DNA of 64,000 nucleotides from an uncultured bacterium (GCA_965602275.1 CBFCXZ010000009.1:6719-70718); one strand, 5' to 3'; numbered from the stretch's first letter, positions 37,865 through 48,025 are shown. The notes: generated by a model from the sequence alone, not told the origin. Numbers and translations are program-made.

Positions 37865-38836
37865 CTAGCTTACAAGTAATGGTTTTAACCCTATGCTGCT
37901 TGCAGTTTTGTTAAATAGTTCCTGATCTTTAAAAGGGGCATCTCCGTATTTTGAATGCACTATGGATTCGATGCAGCATCCTGGTATCCATTCGGCTTTG
38001 TAGCCCGGTAAACGTGGGATGAACTTCACACCATCTATGCCTGTAGCTACTTTGTAAAAATATGCATCTTTAGGTTTTTTCAGCATTTTTGGATGGGTAT
38101 AGTCTATTACGATAGATGGATTTTTAAGATGGGGTATGAATGGATAAAACAACTTCCCTCTCAGAGTGATAGCGATCACGATATCTGCATCTTCTATCAA
38201 GGATGGACCTTCAGATACATTGATCTCAGAAGCATTATAGCCATGATCATTTAGAAAGTTTACAAGCCCGGTACTGATGAAGCTTTTCCCTACAATAACT
38301 ACCTTTGCATTTTCAGAAAATCTATTTTCTTTGACAGCAGCATCTATAGTTTGGGATATTGAGAATATAGTTCCCATAGTCCCATACATAAATTTTTCAC
38401 CTGTATCTATTGCATGTTTTGTCATGATGCCTGGTCCTTGACCAGCCATACCTATGGTATTGGCTCCGACAATAGCAGCAATTTTATTTAGGTTATTCAT
38501 AACATCCATAGATATTTGTTTATGGTGTATCAGATCATGTGTAGAGTTTGGAACAACAAGTACAAGACCTCTGGCGTTGATCGTACTTTTTGTAATGATA
38601 CCTGCTATAGCAGGCTTTCCTGAGTAAAGAACACTTTTTGCCAGCCACAACGGACAATAGCCATCTATATCTTTATCTTTCCCCGGGTAAACGAGAAAGA
38701 TGTATTGAAACAGTTTAAATGGTCGCAACATAAAGAAGAGTAAAAAAATAGGATATCTTAAAATAAGACTTGTAGTAATAAACACGGACTTTCTTGCATA
38801 GGTTTTTATACTTTCGTTATTCAATACCTTAACCAC
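37865..38836 (-). CDS. COG5322-like protein (distant acyl-ACP reductase / amino-acid dehydrogenase fold)
   Basis: YIFLVYP, GANTIGMAG, degenerate Rossmann VVIVGK, ADIVIAIT, IVIDYTHP and PGCCIES. Recognised by pattern only. Confidence 0.6.
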   Translation of the reverse strand: MVKVLNNESIKTYARKSVFITTSLILRYPIFLLFFMLRPFKLFQYIFLVYPGKDKDIDGYCPLWLAKSVLYSGKPAIAGIITKSTINARGLVLVVPNSTHDLIHHKQISMDVMNNLNKIAAIVGANTIGMAGQGPGIMTKHAIDTGEKFMYGTMGTIFSISQTIDAAVKENRFSENAKVVIVGKSFISTGLVNFLNDHGYNASEINVSEGPSLIEDADIVIAITLRGKLFYPFIPHLKNPSIVIDYTHPKMLKKPKDAYFYKVATGIDGVKFIPRLPGYKAEWIPGCCIESIVHSKYGDAPFKDQELFNKTASSIGLKPLLVS

Positions 38837-39992
38837 CTATCATCTCAAGTACTTTCCCTACCATAAGTCCACCAAAGGTCCCAAGAATGTACCCCATCAT
38901 CGCCATAAGTACACCTATAGGAATAAGAGCTTTTGAGTAGGCGGAGGCTAAGATAGGGGCTGAGGCTACACCTCCGATGTTGGCTAACGATGCTACACCC
39001 AGAGAAAAGAGGTCAAGTTTGAAAAGTTTGGCAAAGAATATCATGATACTCACATGTATAGCGATGATAACAAATCCGGCTACAATGTAAAGAGGGGCTT
39101 CGGTCAGCTCTGCAAAGTTGGCTCGTGAGGCGATGAGAGCCACTATGAGGTAGAGCATGATGTTTGCCAACTCTGAGCCACCCGATATCTTGGCTAGAGG
39201 TGTCATGGCAAAGAGTGTTCCTGTAAGTGTAGAGATGATGACTATCCATGTAGTGGTGGTTAGAAATGATGTGATAGGTAGAAAAGAGGCTCCATACTGT
39301 GATAAGGCAGAGACGAGGAAGGCAGCACCCAGCAGAAAAAAGAGGGAAGCAAAGTCTATGGGTTTTTTTGATTCTTCTTTAAGTGCCAGTCTTTCTCCTA
39401 CTTCATCTATGACGGAGGTGTCGGCTTTGCTCCAAAGGTTGAACTTTTTAGCAAAGGGAACAAGGGCAAGGAGTATCATCACCCAGATAGCGTAATCTAT
39501 AGAATCAATGAGCAGGGTGTATCCCATAGCAGAGTCAGGCAAGTCTAATGCTCCCTGTATGGCCACCATATTTGCTGTTCCACCCATCCACGAGCCAGAG
39601 AGTGCTGCAAAAGCTTTCCATGAGTTAGGCTCAAAGTAGGTATGGAAGAGGGTGAAAGTAGCTATGAAACCCATCGCGATGCTCACCGAGGCTAAGAAGA
39701 AAGTCAATAACATCTTCTTACCTAGTTTAAAGATCTCTCTCATGTCAGCAGAGAGCAACATGAGAAATATCATGGCAGGAAGAAGGTTAGATTTAACTGC
39801 TTTATAGGTAGCTGTCACAGACTCACTTTTTTGCCACAGTCCAAAGGTAGAAAAGAGCATTACCACAAAGTAGATGATGACGATGGAAGGGAGATACTCA
39901 AAGAGCTTATGTTGGCTCTTTTTCTCGGTGTAGACGATAGCAGAGCCTATCATCATAAGTAGAGCTAAGTAGGTAAAACCATTTTCTATCAT
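38829..39992 (-). CDS. DUF819 family membrane protein
   Basis: Multi-TM. GSWMGGTANMVA and SLANIGG.ASAP. Commonly associated with dipeptide epimerase genes. Confidence 0.88.
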   Translation of the reverse strand: MIENGFTYLALLMMIGSAIVYTEKKSQHKLFEYLPSIVIIYFVVMLFSTFGLWQKSESVTATYKAVKSNLLPAMIFLMLLSADMREIFKLGKKMLLTFFLASVSIAMGFIATFTLFHTYFEPNSWKAFAALSGSWMGGTANMVAIQGALDLPDSAMGYTLLIDSIDYAIWVMILLALVPFAKKFNLWSKADTSVIDEVGERLALKEESKKPIDFASLFFLLGAAFLVSALSQYGASFLPITSFLTTTTWIVIISTLTGTLFAMTPLAKISGGSELANIMLYLIVALIASRANFAELTEAPLYIVAGFVIIAIHVSIMIFFAKLFKLDLFSLGVASLANIGGVASAPILASAYSKALIPIGVLMAMMGYILGTFGGLMVGKVLEMIGG

Positions 39993-40771
39993 CTTAACAA
40001 TCCTAATCCCAAGGCTCTTATCTCTTCACTTTTATGAAAATCAAATGTTTTATATTCTTTAGTATGAGGCTCTAAAAGATAGATATTTTTACTTGAGTAT
40101 CTGATGTGTGTTTGTGATTGGTTAAAGATAAGTAGTCTCATGGACTTTTCAAACATCTCCAAGACATTAGAGGTTTTAAAAAAATTATCCGGCATCACTT
40201 TTTGGAAGGCATTTTCACCTAGTACATCTATGGCTAGGACATCGTCAAAAGTGGCTTCATTGATGCCTAGGTTTTCACACAAAAACCCATCACCATAGAT
40301 ATCGCCATCTATAATATGCTCTTCAAATATCCCGGGTATAGCCATGGTACAAAGTATAGCATCTTTAATGGCTACATCATCCTCAGCTGTAAATACTCTC
40401 TTGTTTCCATCTCTCAGATTGGTTACTATAAGCTTTAACGGGATTTGTGTATCTTTCATCTTTCTATCTTGAAAGATCTCATCAAAGATCTTTGCTATTT
40501 TCTCATTATCGATTATTGCATTACCCGAAAAGGAGAATTTTATCCAGTTAAAAACACCTGCAAAACTTTTAATACGTTCATGTATCTCTTTTTCATTCAT
40601 CCCTATGGCCATACAAGCCCCGATGATTCCACCCATGCTTGTACCTACTATCTCGTTAGGTACGATGTTTCGCTGTTCAAGGTCATGCAGTACACCCAAA
40701 TGAGCGATGCCCAAAGCACCACCACCAGAGAGGACTAAAGTGAAGTTGTCAGTTTTGAAGTTATTTGTCAT
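39989..40771 (-). CDS. Patatin-like phospholipase
   Basis: SGGGALG, GTSMG nucleophile and DG motif. Confidence 0.9.
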   Translation of the reverse strand: MTNNFKTDNFTLVLSGGGALGIAHLGVLHDLEQRNIVPNEIVGTSMGGIIGACMAIGMNEKEIHERIKSFAGVFNWIKFSFSGNAIIDNEKIAKIFDEIFQDRKMKDTQIPLKLIVTNLRDGNKRVFTAEDDVAIKDAILCTMAIPGIFEEHIIDGDIYGDGFLCENLGINEATFDDVLAIDVLGENAFQKVMPDNFFKTSNVLEMFEKSMRLLIFNQSQTHIRYSSKNIYLLEPHTKEYKTFDFHKSEEIRALGLGLLR

Positions 40772-40962
40772 GAAAGTATTATAGCTTAATGGGATTTATA
40801 TCCAAAAGTTTCTTGTTCGTACCATCTCCAATATCGTCATAATCGGTACATTTTGTCCAAATATTGGATTGTTTTTGATATACTTGTCTTATAGAAAGAA
40901 CATTAAAAATGGATATATTGTTCTTTTTAAAAATCATTTTACAAAGAAGAGGAGAAAGACAT

Positions 40963-41727
40963 ATGAAGAAGAAAACATTTCTAAAGTGGAGTATGGCGTT
41001 AATGCTTTTAACTCTTATGTTTCAAAACGCATACGGTGACATATATATGAAGCAAAAACAGCATACTGATGCTGTGACAATGATGGGTCAGACGCAACCT
41101 GCCCAAGATGTGATCAGTGAGTCCTGGATCACATCAGATAAAATAGTGATCATGAGTGAAAAGCAAAAGGTTATTATGGATATAGATAAGAAGATCATGA
41201 CCATGGTCAATCATGAAAAAAAGGTTATTGCAAATATGCCAATGGACTTTTCTAAAAGTATGGGTAAAATGGATAGAAAAGGGGATATGTCACCGGAAGC
41301 AAAGGCGCAATTTCAACAAATGATGAGCAAAATGATGCAAATTGATGTGAAGGTGAAAGAGACGAATGAAAGAAAAAAAATTGGTAAATGGAATTGTCAG
41401 AAATATCTTCAAACCATAACAATGGCAATGGGTACAACAAATTCTGAAATTTGGGCGACAGAGGATATCAAAGTTGATGAAGATCTATATGCAAAATATT
41501 CTGTTGGGATACTGGCTCAGATGCCTGGTGTGAGCCAAAACATGAGTGCTATAACGAAGGAACTCAAAAAAATAAAAGGTGTTCATGTCTATTCAGAGCA
41601 AACCGTAACAATGATGGGGCAACCTATGAAATCCACTATTGAGCTGATGGAATTCAAAGAGGGAAAAGTACCAAGTAATATATTTGATCTGCCAACTGGG
41701 TATAAAAAAGCAGGTGCTTTTAGATAA
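40963..41727 (+). CDS. Exported DUF4412-like protein
   Basis: AGGAG RBS, signal peptide ending …AYG. T.E.KKIG.W.C.KY, W.TED and F.LP.GY.K. Confidence 0.72.
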   Translation: MKKKTFLKWSMALMLLTLMFQNAYGDIYMKQKQHTDAVTMMGQTQPAQDVISESWITSDKIVIMSEKQKVIMDIDKKIMTMVNHEKKVIANMPMDFSKSMGKMDRKGDMSPEAKAQFQQMMSKMMQIDVKVKETNERKKIGKWNCQKYLQTITMAMGTTNSEIWATEDIKVDEDLYAKYSVGILAQMPGVSQNMSAITKELKKIKGVHVYSEQTVTMMGQPMKSTIELMEFKEGKVPSNIFDLPTGYKKAGAFR

Positions 41728-41844
41728 AACAGAGAATGTGTTGTAATTATTCTATCTCTTCTGAGATGGAGAGAATATAAATGCAGAGCTTTCAGACTCT
41801 GTAATACTCAACCGGGAATACTTACCGGCTGGGTAAAATCTGAA

Positions 41845-42222
41845 TTATCTGCGTCTTGCTCTGTAATGAGAAGATCGTTGATAATGGCTTCTGCTGTTGT
41901 AGTGACCATATCTACCATTTTCAGCACGATAGCGTCGCCCCTTATAGTGACGATATCCATTGTTGTAGTAGTGTCCATTACGATATCTGTTTCCACGATA
42001 ATGATAGTAGCCGTTTCGGTAATAACCTCCATAATAATACCTGCCACCATGATAATAATAGGGTTGATTATAATAATATGGATAATTGTAAGAAGAGAGT
42101 GCAACAACTGTTCCTCCTATTGCAACACCGGTAGCCAATGCCTGTTCTTCAGGTGTACAAGCTGTAAATAAGAGTGTTGAAGAGAGAACTGCGATCACTC
42201 CAAGCTTTTTAAATTTTGTCAT
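41845..42222 (-). CDS. Tyr/Gly/Arg-rich low-complexity lipoprotein (one repeat unit)
   Basis: Lipobox LFTAC. Same unit as 37149-37676. Confidence 0.82.
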   Translation of the reverse strand: MTKFKKLGVIAVLSSTLLFTACTPEEQALATGVAIGGTVVALSSYNYPYYYNQPYYYHGGRYYYGGYYRNGYYHYRGNRYRNGHYYNNGYRHYKGRRYRAENGRYGHYNSRSHYQRSSHYRARRR

Positions 42223-42285
42223 AATATCCCCTTTCTTTCATTATAGTATAACGTAAACATGAAAATTATAACAACTTAAGTACTA

Positions 42286-43566
42286 CTATTTCCTACGTCC
42301 TTCTGGCTTTTTCTTTTTTTGAGTGCTCTTACTTCGTGATCTTTTTTCCATTCTTTTTTTATGAAAATCCCACCCGCCTTTTTTCTCTATAAGCGATTTC
42401 TTTTTTGGCTGTGATTGTCTTGGCTGTTTGTCTGTCAATTCAAAGCCCGGGTAGATCTCTCTTTTTATATTAAGACGCAGATGTCTCTCTATTTTTGAGA
42501 AAGCATTATAATCTATCGTTGTCAAAAATGATATGACCTGTCCTTTATGACCGGCTCTACCTGTTCTTCCAACTCTATGAGTAAAGTCATCAGTAGTTTC
42601 TGGTAGATCATAGTTGATGACCATTTCAAGTTCGGGAATGTCTATACCTCTTGCTGCAATATCGGTTGCTACCAGCACCTGTGTTTTTCCACTTTTTAAA
42701 AGGGCTAGGGATTTTGCTCTGCTACCTCTGTTGAGATCACCGTGAATGATAGATGTTCTGATCTTCTTGCTTTTCAGGTACTCATAGATCTTATTTGCAG
42801 ACTCTTTAGAAGAGGCAAAAAGCAGTATCTGTTCCAAATGTTTATCTTCTATAAGTTTGGCTACCAATTCAGCTTTTCTGGCTTTGTCCACCTTATAGGC
42901 TCTGTGAACGATGAAATCTACAATATCTCTTCTCTGACTCACTTCTACAATAGCAGGATCATTCAGGAACTCTTTAGCCAGTTTTTTAATGTTTTGTGAG
43001 ATCGTTGCTGAGAACATCAGTGTTTGTCTTGGTTTACCACAGTAGTTTAAAATGGCTTTGATCTCTTCAAGAAAACCAAGGTCAAGCATAGTATCTGCTT
43101 CATCTAAAATAACGGTATTAATGAACTCAAGGTTTATTTTTTTGTCATGAATGAAACTTTGCAAACGTCCAGGTGTCGCTACAATGATATCTGCACCACT
43201 CTTAATACGTTCAATCTGTGTACTTTTAGGTATACCACCCTGGATTTTTACATTTTTAATATCAAGGTACTTTCCAAAATCATTAATGGAACGTGAAACT
43301 TGATCTACAAGTTCAATAGTAGGCACAATAATCAATGCTCTGATAACCTTTTGATCTTTTTTCACTACTTTTTGAAGTTTATTTAATAATGGGAGTACAT
43401 ATGCAGCAGTTTTTCCAGTACCGGACTTTGATGCACCTAAAACATCTAAGCCTTTCATGGCAACAGGTATGACTTTGTTTTGTATTGCAGTAGCATTCTC
43501 ATACTTTTCATGTGCAATGGCTCTCAAAATATCGGGATGTAGGTTTAATTTTTCAAATGCTTTGAT
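42286..43566 (-). CDS. DEAD-box RNA helicase (probable ATC start at 43566; alternative TTG at 43608)
   Basis: GTGKT, PTIEL, DEAD, SAT and HRVGRTGR. AAGGA RBS 6 nt upstream of an in-frame ATC that precedes KAFEKLNL. Confidence 0.93.
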   Translation of the reverse strand: MKAFEKLNLHPDILRAIAHEKYENATAIQNKVIPVAMKGLDVLGASKSGTGKTAAYVLPLLNKLQKVVKKDQKVIRALIIVPTIELVDQVSRSINDFGKYLDIKNVKIQGGIPKSTQIERIKSGADIIVATPGRLQSFIHDKKINLEFINTVILDEADTMLDLGFLEEIKAILNYCGKPRQTLMFSATISQNIKKLAKEFLNDPAIVEVSQRRDIVDFIVHRAYKVDKARKAELVAKLIEDKHLEQILLFASSKESANKIYEYLKSKKIRTSIIHGDLNRGSRAKSLALLKSGKTQVLVATDIAARGIDIPELEMVINYDLPETTDDFTHRVGRTGRAGHKGQVISFLTTIDYNAFSKIERHLRLNIKREIYPGFELTDKQPRQSQPKKKSLIEKKGGWDFHKKRMEKRSRSKSTQKKKKPEGRRK

Positions 43567-43702
43567 GGTGTTTCCTTGGTAAATATTGATAGGACGCTTT
43601 TTGAGCAAAGCCCAAAAAACTACGTTGTCACTGGGACTACTTCAGCAGTAAGCTCATATGACTAGTCATATTTTATGATTATATTGTGTGTATTATAGCG
43701 TA

Positions 43703-44560
43703 TTAGTTCAAAAGACCGTAAAAGTCTCTAGGCGCATCTACTTCAAAGCGTAAAGGCTTTTTAGTTTTAGGATGTATGATACTCAATCTCATAGAATGAA
43801 GGCCCATTCTTCCACCCTTTGTTCCATAACGCTCATCACCCACGATACTATGTCCCAACCAAGCCATATGAGCACGTATCTGATGCTGTCTTCCTGTCTC
43901 TATACTTACTTCGAGTAATGATCTATTGTCAGCTCTTTGTTTCACTTCGTAATGGGTAATGGCAGATTTAGCATTGGGATGTTCTCCTACATGCATACGG
44001 TACTCTTTGTCATCCAGTCTTAAAGGCTGATCTATGGTGCCTTTTGTTTCTTTGGGAGTACCTTCTACGATGGCGAGATAGACTTTTTCAGACTTACCCC
44101 AATTAGCCATCACTGCCTCTCTCATCTCTTTAGAGGTTGCAAAGAGTAAGATGCCGGACGTATCTCTGTCCAGTCGATGCACAGGCCAGAGCTTCACCGA
44201 GTTTTTTCCTCGTGAGAGTTGATTTCTGAGTATGGCAAGTGCATGTTGCTTGTTTTCCTGTGTAGTCCCTACAGACAAAAGCCCTGCAGGTTTGTTTACG
44301 GCTATCAGGTCTTTGTCTTGATAGATGATTTCTAGTCTGTTGGTTGTTTGTGCAGATGTTCCAACTCTTTGAACCACACCCACTTCTACTATATCATCCA
44401 CATTGAGTATAAAATCATGTTTGGTAGTAACTTCACCATTTACAGCAACACTTGAACCTTGTAATCGCTGCTTTACTTTCTTTTTAGACCAACCTGTAAG
44501 AGTTGAGAAAAGGAAATCTAAGAGTTTACCTCTTTGTTTAACTTTGAATTTTTCTGCCAT
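43703..44560 (-). CDS. RluA family pseudouridine synthase with S4 domain
   Basis: NKPAGLL, HRLDRDTSG and TGRQHQIRAH. Confidence 0.95.
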   Translation of the reverse strand: MAEKFKVKQRGKLLDFLFSTLTGWSKKKVKQRLQGSSVAVNGEVTTKHDFILNVDDIVEVGVVQRVGTSAQTTNRLEIIYQDKDLIAVNKPAGLLSVGTTQENKQHALAILRNQLSRGKNSVKLWPVHRLDRDTSGILLFATSKEMREAVMANWGKSEKVYLAIVEGTPKETKGTIDQPLRLDDKEYRMHVGEHPNAKSAITHYEVKQRADNRSLLEVSIETGRQHQIRAHMAWLGHSIVGDERYGTKGGRMGLHSMRLSIIHPKTKKPLRFEVDAPRDFYGLLN

Positions 44561-44585
44561 GTGTTATCACCTTTTACATTGGAAA

Positions 44586-44758
44586 CTCGTTCCCATGCTC
44601 TGCGTGGGAATGCATAGGTAGTTAGTATTATATCTCAGTTTAATACACCGTTAGGTGAAAATAAAGTGTATGGTGTTTTGATACCACCTAGCGGTGGATT
44701 ATGATTTTGTTTTAGATTGAAATGATATATGCATTACGACGGAGACCATCGTAACGAG
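44586..44758. repeat. REPIN-like element: inverted pair of REP-like palindromes with an inner inverted repeat
   Basis: 44586-44616 CTCGTTCCCATGCTCTGCGTGGGAATGCATA and 44728-44758 (rc CTCGTTACGATGGTCTCCGTCGTAATGCATA). Inner pair CACCGTTAGGTG / CACCTAGCGGTG. Confidence 0.75.
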
Positions 44759-44784
44759 AAAGTTTTCTAATATATCCCATAGGT

Positions 44785-47607
44785 TTACCTTCTTCTTCGT
44801 CCACGATACCCACCACGCCCAGAAACAGACCCAGTTCCACGCTTACTCTGCCCATGACACTCATCACAAATAGAAAAACGATAAGAAAAATCAAGCACTT
44901 TCCCACATCTTCTACATTTCTTGGTAAAGTGACCTTGTCGTAATGAGTTCTCTATGAAGTTGTTAAGTCTTACTCTAGCTTCTATAGCTTTTTGCGTATC
45001 TCGGAAGAGGTCTGGGAACTTGAAAGAGAGCCAGAGGTAGAGAGAGATCTCTCTTACTCTGTCTTCAGCATTGAGCAGCATATCGTTGGTTTGTGCGAAA
45101 GCAGGGAGGTCACGAGGCGGGATGTAAAGTACGGTTCCTCCTGCTTCTACTTGTTTGACGTAACGGTGGAACACGGACTCTATGTAGGGTGAGGAGATGC
45201 TTGCAGGGGCACAGGAGAGGAAGAACCGAGTTTTTAAGTCAAGTTCATATTCACTTACTATAGCGGCTACTTCAAGCATGGAGTCTATGTTGGCTGCGGA
45301 AAATGGTCCTTCAAACTCCATATTGTCTGCAAAGAAAGCCAAGATATCCAAGATGTTATCTGTTTCGAGTATTTCACCTATGAGCATGACATGTTCTAAA
45401 CTTGCCATGACAGAGACAGGCAGTTCAAGGTCTGGAAGAGGGCTGTGAAAGGCAGAGGTGATGGTGGCTAGGGTATTGTCATCTAAGGCACCGACATACC
45501 CTTTCTCTTCAAAGCCGTAACGACCTGCACGTCCAGATATCTGCGACACTTCGCTAGGTAAGAGTTCACGGCGACGTAAGCCGTCAAATTTATTGTCTTT
45601 TGAAAAGAGTAGGGTCTTTATAGGGAGATTGAGTCCCATGGCTATGGCATCGGTTGAGACAAGTATCTGGCTTTCCCCCTCTCTGAAACGTCTTGCCTCT
45701 TCACGTCTGACTTCTGGAGAGAGGTTACCATATACGACTGAAACACTGTATCGCTCTGATAGTTGTTGTTTGAGTGAGAGCACATCACGTCTGGAAAATG
45801 CTACGACAGCAGTTTGTGGTTCTATCTTCTTCATGGAAGTAGGTCTGCTCATCATGGCTAACTCATTTTTACGCTCAAAGTGTATAACCTCCAGCTCCTC
45901 ACCCAAATACTCACATAGCTCTTCTACAGCTTTTAGTGCGTTACTTGAGCCTGTAAGTATGACTTTTTTGGCTGGTGCTCCTATGAGGGCATTTGCCCAA
46001 GCCCAGCCTCGATCACGGTCAGCTATCATCTGTATCTCATCTATGACGCAAACATCGACATCTACTGCACCGTTCATCATCTCTATGGTGGAGCTTATGT
46101 GTGTAGACTCTTCGTCTATGATCTCCTCTTCTCCGGTAATGAGAGAGACATGTACACCTTCTTTTTTAAGGTTCTCATACCCTTCAAGTGCCAGCAGACG
46201 CAGAGGTGCAAGGTAGTAGCCTGTGGTGGCAGCTTCCAGTTCTTTGAGTGCAGTGTAGGTTTTCCCGGAGTTGGTAGGTCCTACATGAAAGACTATTTTG
46301 CGTTTAAGCTCACGTGCGAGAGGGAAGAGGTTTTTAAAATCACGAATGGTCTTAGCCAGTAACTCTTCACGTTTTTGCTTAGCTAGTAGGGGTTTTATGT
46401 ATTCTCCGAAGTGAAAAAGTATGCGTCGTTTACTTTTCTCTTTAAACTTCAGAGTCGTAGATGAACGTATCTGAGGTTCTACAAAACGTACGATGAACTC
46501 ATGAAGTTTATCTTCTGATAACTCCAGTTTATCACTCATCTCCTGCATCTCTTCAAATACATCATCAATCGCGACTCTAAAGTGGGCAAGCAAGTCATCA
46601 TTTACTCTGTTTATATCTTCTTTAACAGGTAGCTCTTGACCTCTCCAAATGAGGTTGTAAAAGAAAGGTTTTTCATAAGAAACAGACGTGTTATAATAGA
46701 GTATCGTACCAAATAGATCGTGGTTTTTTTCTTTCTCTATCATGATGTGGTCAGAGCTTTCAAATACTTCATATTTATCACTGATATTAGTTAATATGTT
46801 CTTAATGATTTTTAGCTCTACTGGTGCATGAGAGAGCATAGACTCAGGTGGCATGATTCTAAGTGCTGTATTTGCTTCTTTCTCCGTAAGGTAGGGGTGT
46901 TTAGACTCTTGCATGTGTGCAAGAAAAGCTTCTAGCTCCGCAGACTTTATGGCGATGGTCTCTTCTTTTTTAGCTTGCAGTTTTGTGATGATCTCTTCAT
47001 CGTTAAGTTTCCAAAGTTCATCCATATCCAGGGTACTTGTAGTACATAAAAGCAGCTTGTTAAAATCGAAACTTTTCAATGCAAAAGTGAAGCTGTGATA
47101 GAACTCCATCTCATTCATAGTATTGAATGTTACTTCTAAAGATTTTTCAAGAGAATGTAGTTGCTCCCTCATACGGAGATAACCAAGCTTAGCGAGGACT
47201 TTATCTTCTGTGATCTTAGCATTTTTCACATCTATAAAAGCATCAAGAAGCAAGTTCTCTTCATGTTTGCTGTGTTCAACATCTTCCAAGAGCTGAAGGA
47301 TCTTTTCTACTTTGTCTAAAGGAGGGCGATTATCTCTTCTGGCTTTATGTACGGATTTATAGCTCTGTGTCAGGTAAGAGACTATCATCTCTCTCATACC
47401 GGCACCTTCTTCACTCCACGTACGCCTAATGGCTCTGATCATCTCTTCACGTGTATGAGAGGGAAGGGTGATCTCAAGCAGCATGATGAGCTCTATGAGT
47501 TTTTCATCATCAAGTGTAGCCACTCCTTCATCAAAAGGAAGTCCATTAAAGTAGTTTCGTATTTTGTTGTTCATTTTTATAAGATATTTTTTCTTTTTCT
47601 TTGCCAT
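44785..47607 (-). CDS. Suv3-like superfamily 2 RNA helicase with long N-terminal extension and C-terminal Zn ribbon
   Basis: GPTNSGKT, PLRLLA.E, DEIQM, RGWAW, YGNLSPE.R, TDAIAMGLN and QISGRAGR. Ends CRRC…CDEC with an RGG tail. Confidence 0.9.
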   Translation of the reverse strand: MAKKKKKYLIKMNNKIRNYFNGLPFDEGVATLDDEKLIELIMLLEITLPSHTREEMIRAIRRTWSEEGAGMREMIVSYLTQSYKSVHKARRDNRPPLDKVEKILQLLEDVEHSKHEENLLLDAFIDVKNAKITEDKVLAKLGYLRMREQLHSLEKSLEVTFNTMNEMEFYHSFTFALKSFDFNKLLLCTTSTLDMDELWKLNDEEIITKLQAKKEETIAIKSAELEAFLAHMQESKHPYLTEKEANTALRIMPPESMLSHAPVELKIIKNILTNISDKYEVFESSDHIMIEKEKNHDLFGTILYYNTSVSYEKPFFYNLIWRGQELPVKEDINRVNDDLLAHFRVAIDDVFEEMQEMSDKLELSEDKLHEFIVRFVEPQIRSSTTLKFKEKSKRRILFHFGEYIKPLLAKQKREELLAKTIRDFKNLFPLARELKRKIVFHVGPTNSGKTYTALKELEAATTGYYLAPLRLLALEGYENLKKEGVHVSLITGEEEIIDEESTHISSTIEMMNGAVDVDVCVIDEIQMIADRDRGWAWANALIGAPAKKVILTGSSNALKAVEELCEYLGEELEVIHFERKNELAMMSRPTSMKKIEPQTAVVAFSRRDVLSLKQQLSERYSVSVVYGNLSPEVRREEARRFREGESQILVSTDAIAMGLNLPIKTLLFSKDNKFDGLRRRELLPSEVSQISGRAGRYGFEEKGYVGALDDNTLATITSAFHSPLPDLELPVSVMASLEHVMLIGEILETDNILDILAFFADNMEFEGPFSAANIDSMLEVAAIVSEYELDLKTRFFLSCAPASISSPYIESVFHRYVKQVEAGGTVLYIPPRDLPAFAQTNDMLLNAEDRVREISLYLWLSFKFPDLFRDTQKAIEARVRLNNFIENSLRQGHFTKKCRRCGKVLDFSYRFSICDECHGQSKRGTGSVSGRGGYRGRRRR

Positions 47608-47701
47608 TTTCTACTATTTTCATATTTTTTATAAGTATAGCATATTGTTAGACTCTCTTAGAGTTTATCTGATACAATAATCCTTTTATTAAGGAGTATA
47701 A

Positions 47702-48025
47702 ATGGCATTTATAGAAGTAGACGAAGATAATTTTGAACAGGTATTAACTGAAGAGTTTGATAAAAAGCAGATTGTTATTTTAAAGTTTGGTTCAGAGTTT
47801 TGTGACCCTTGCCATGCGTTGGAGTGTGAACTTGAAGATGTAGATGATGAGTTTGAAGATGTCTCTGTTCTTATGATAGACACAGATGAATCACCTGAGT
47901 TGGCAGAGCAGTATGAAGTGTATCAGTTGCCTACGATGGTTATTTATAAAAGTAGAACGCATATGATCTACAATAGAGAAGGTGTGATACTTTCTCAGGA
48001 TATTAATGAGATCATAGGAAAGTAA
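47702..48025 (+). CDS. Thioredoxin family protein
   Basis: FGSEFCDPC active site and LPT cis-Pro motif. Confidence 0.88.
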   Translation: MAFIEVDEDNFEQVLTEEFDKKQIVILKFGSEFCDPCHALECELEDVDDEFEDVSVLMIDTDESPELAEQYEVYQLPTMVIYKSRTHMIYNREGVILSQDINEIIGK

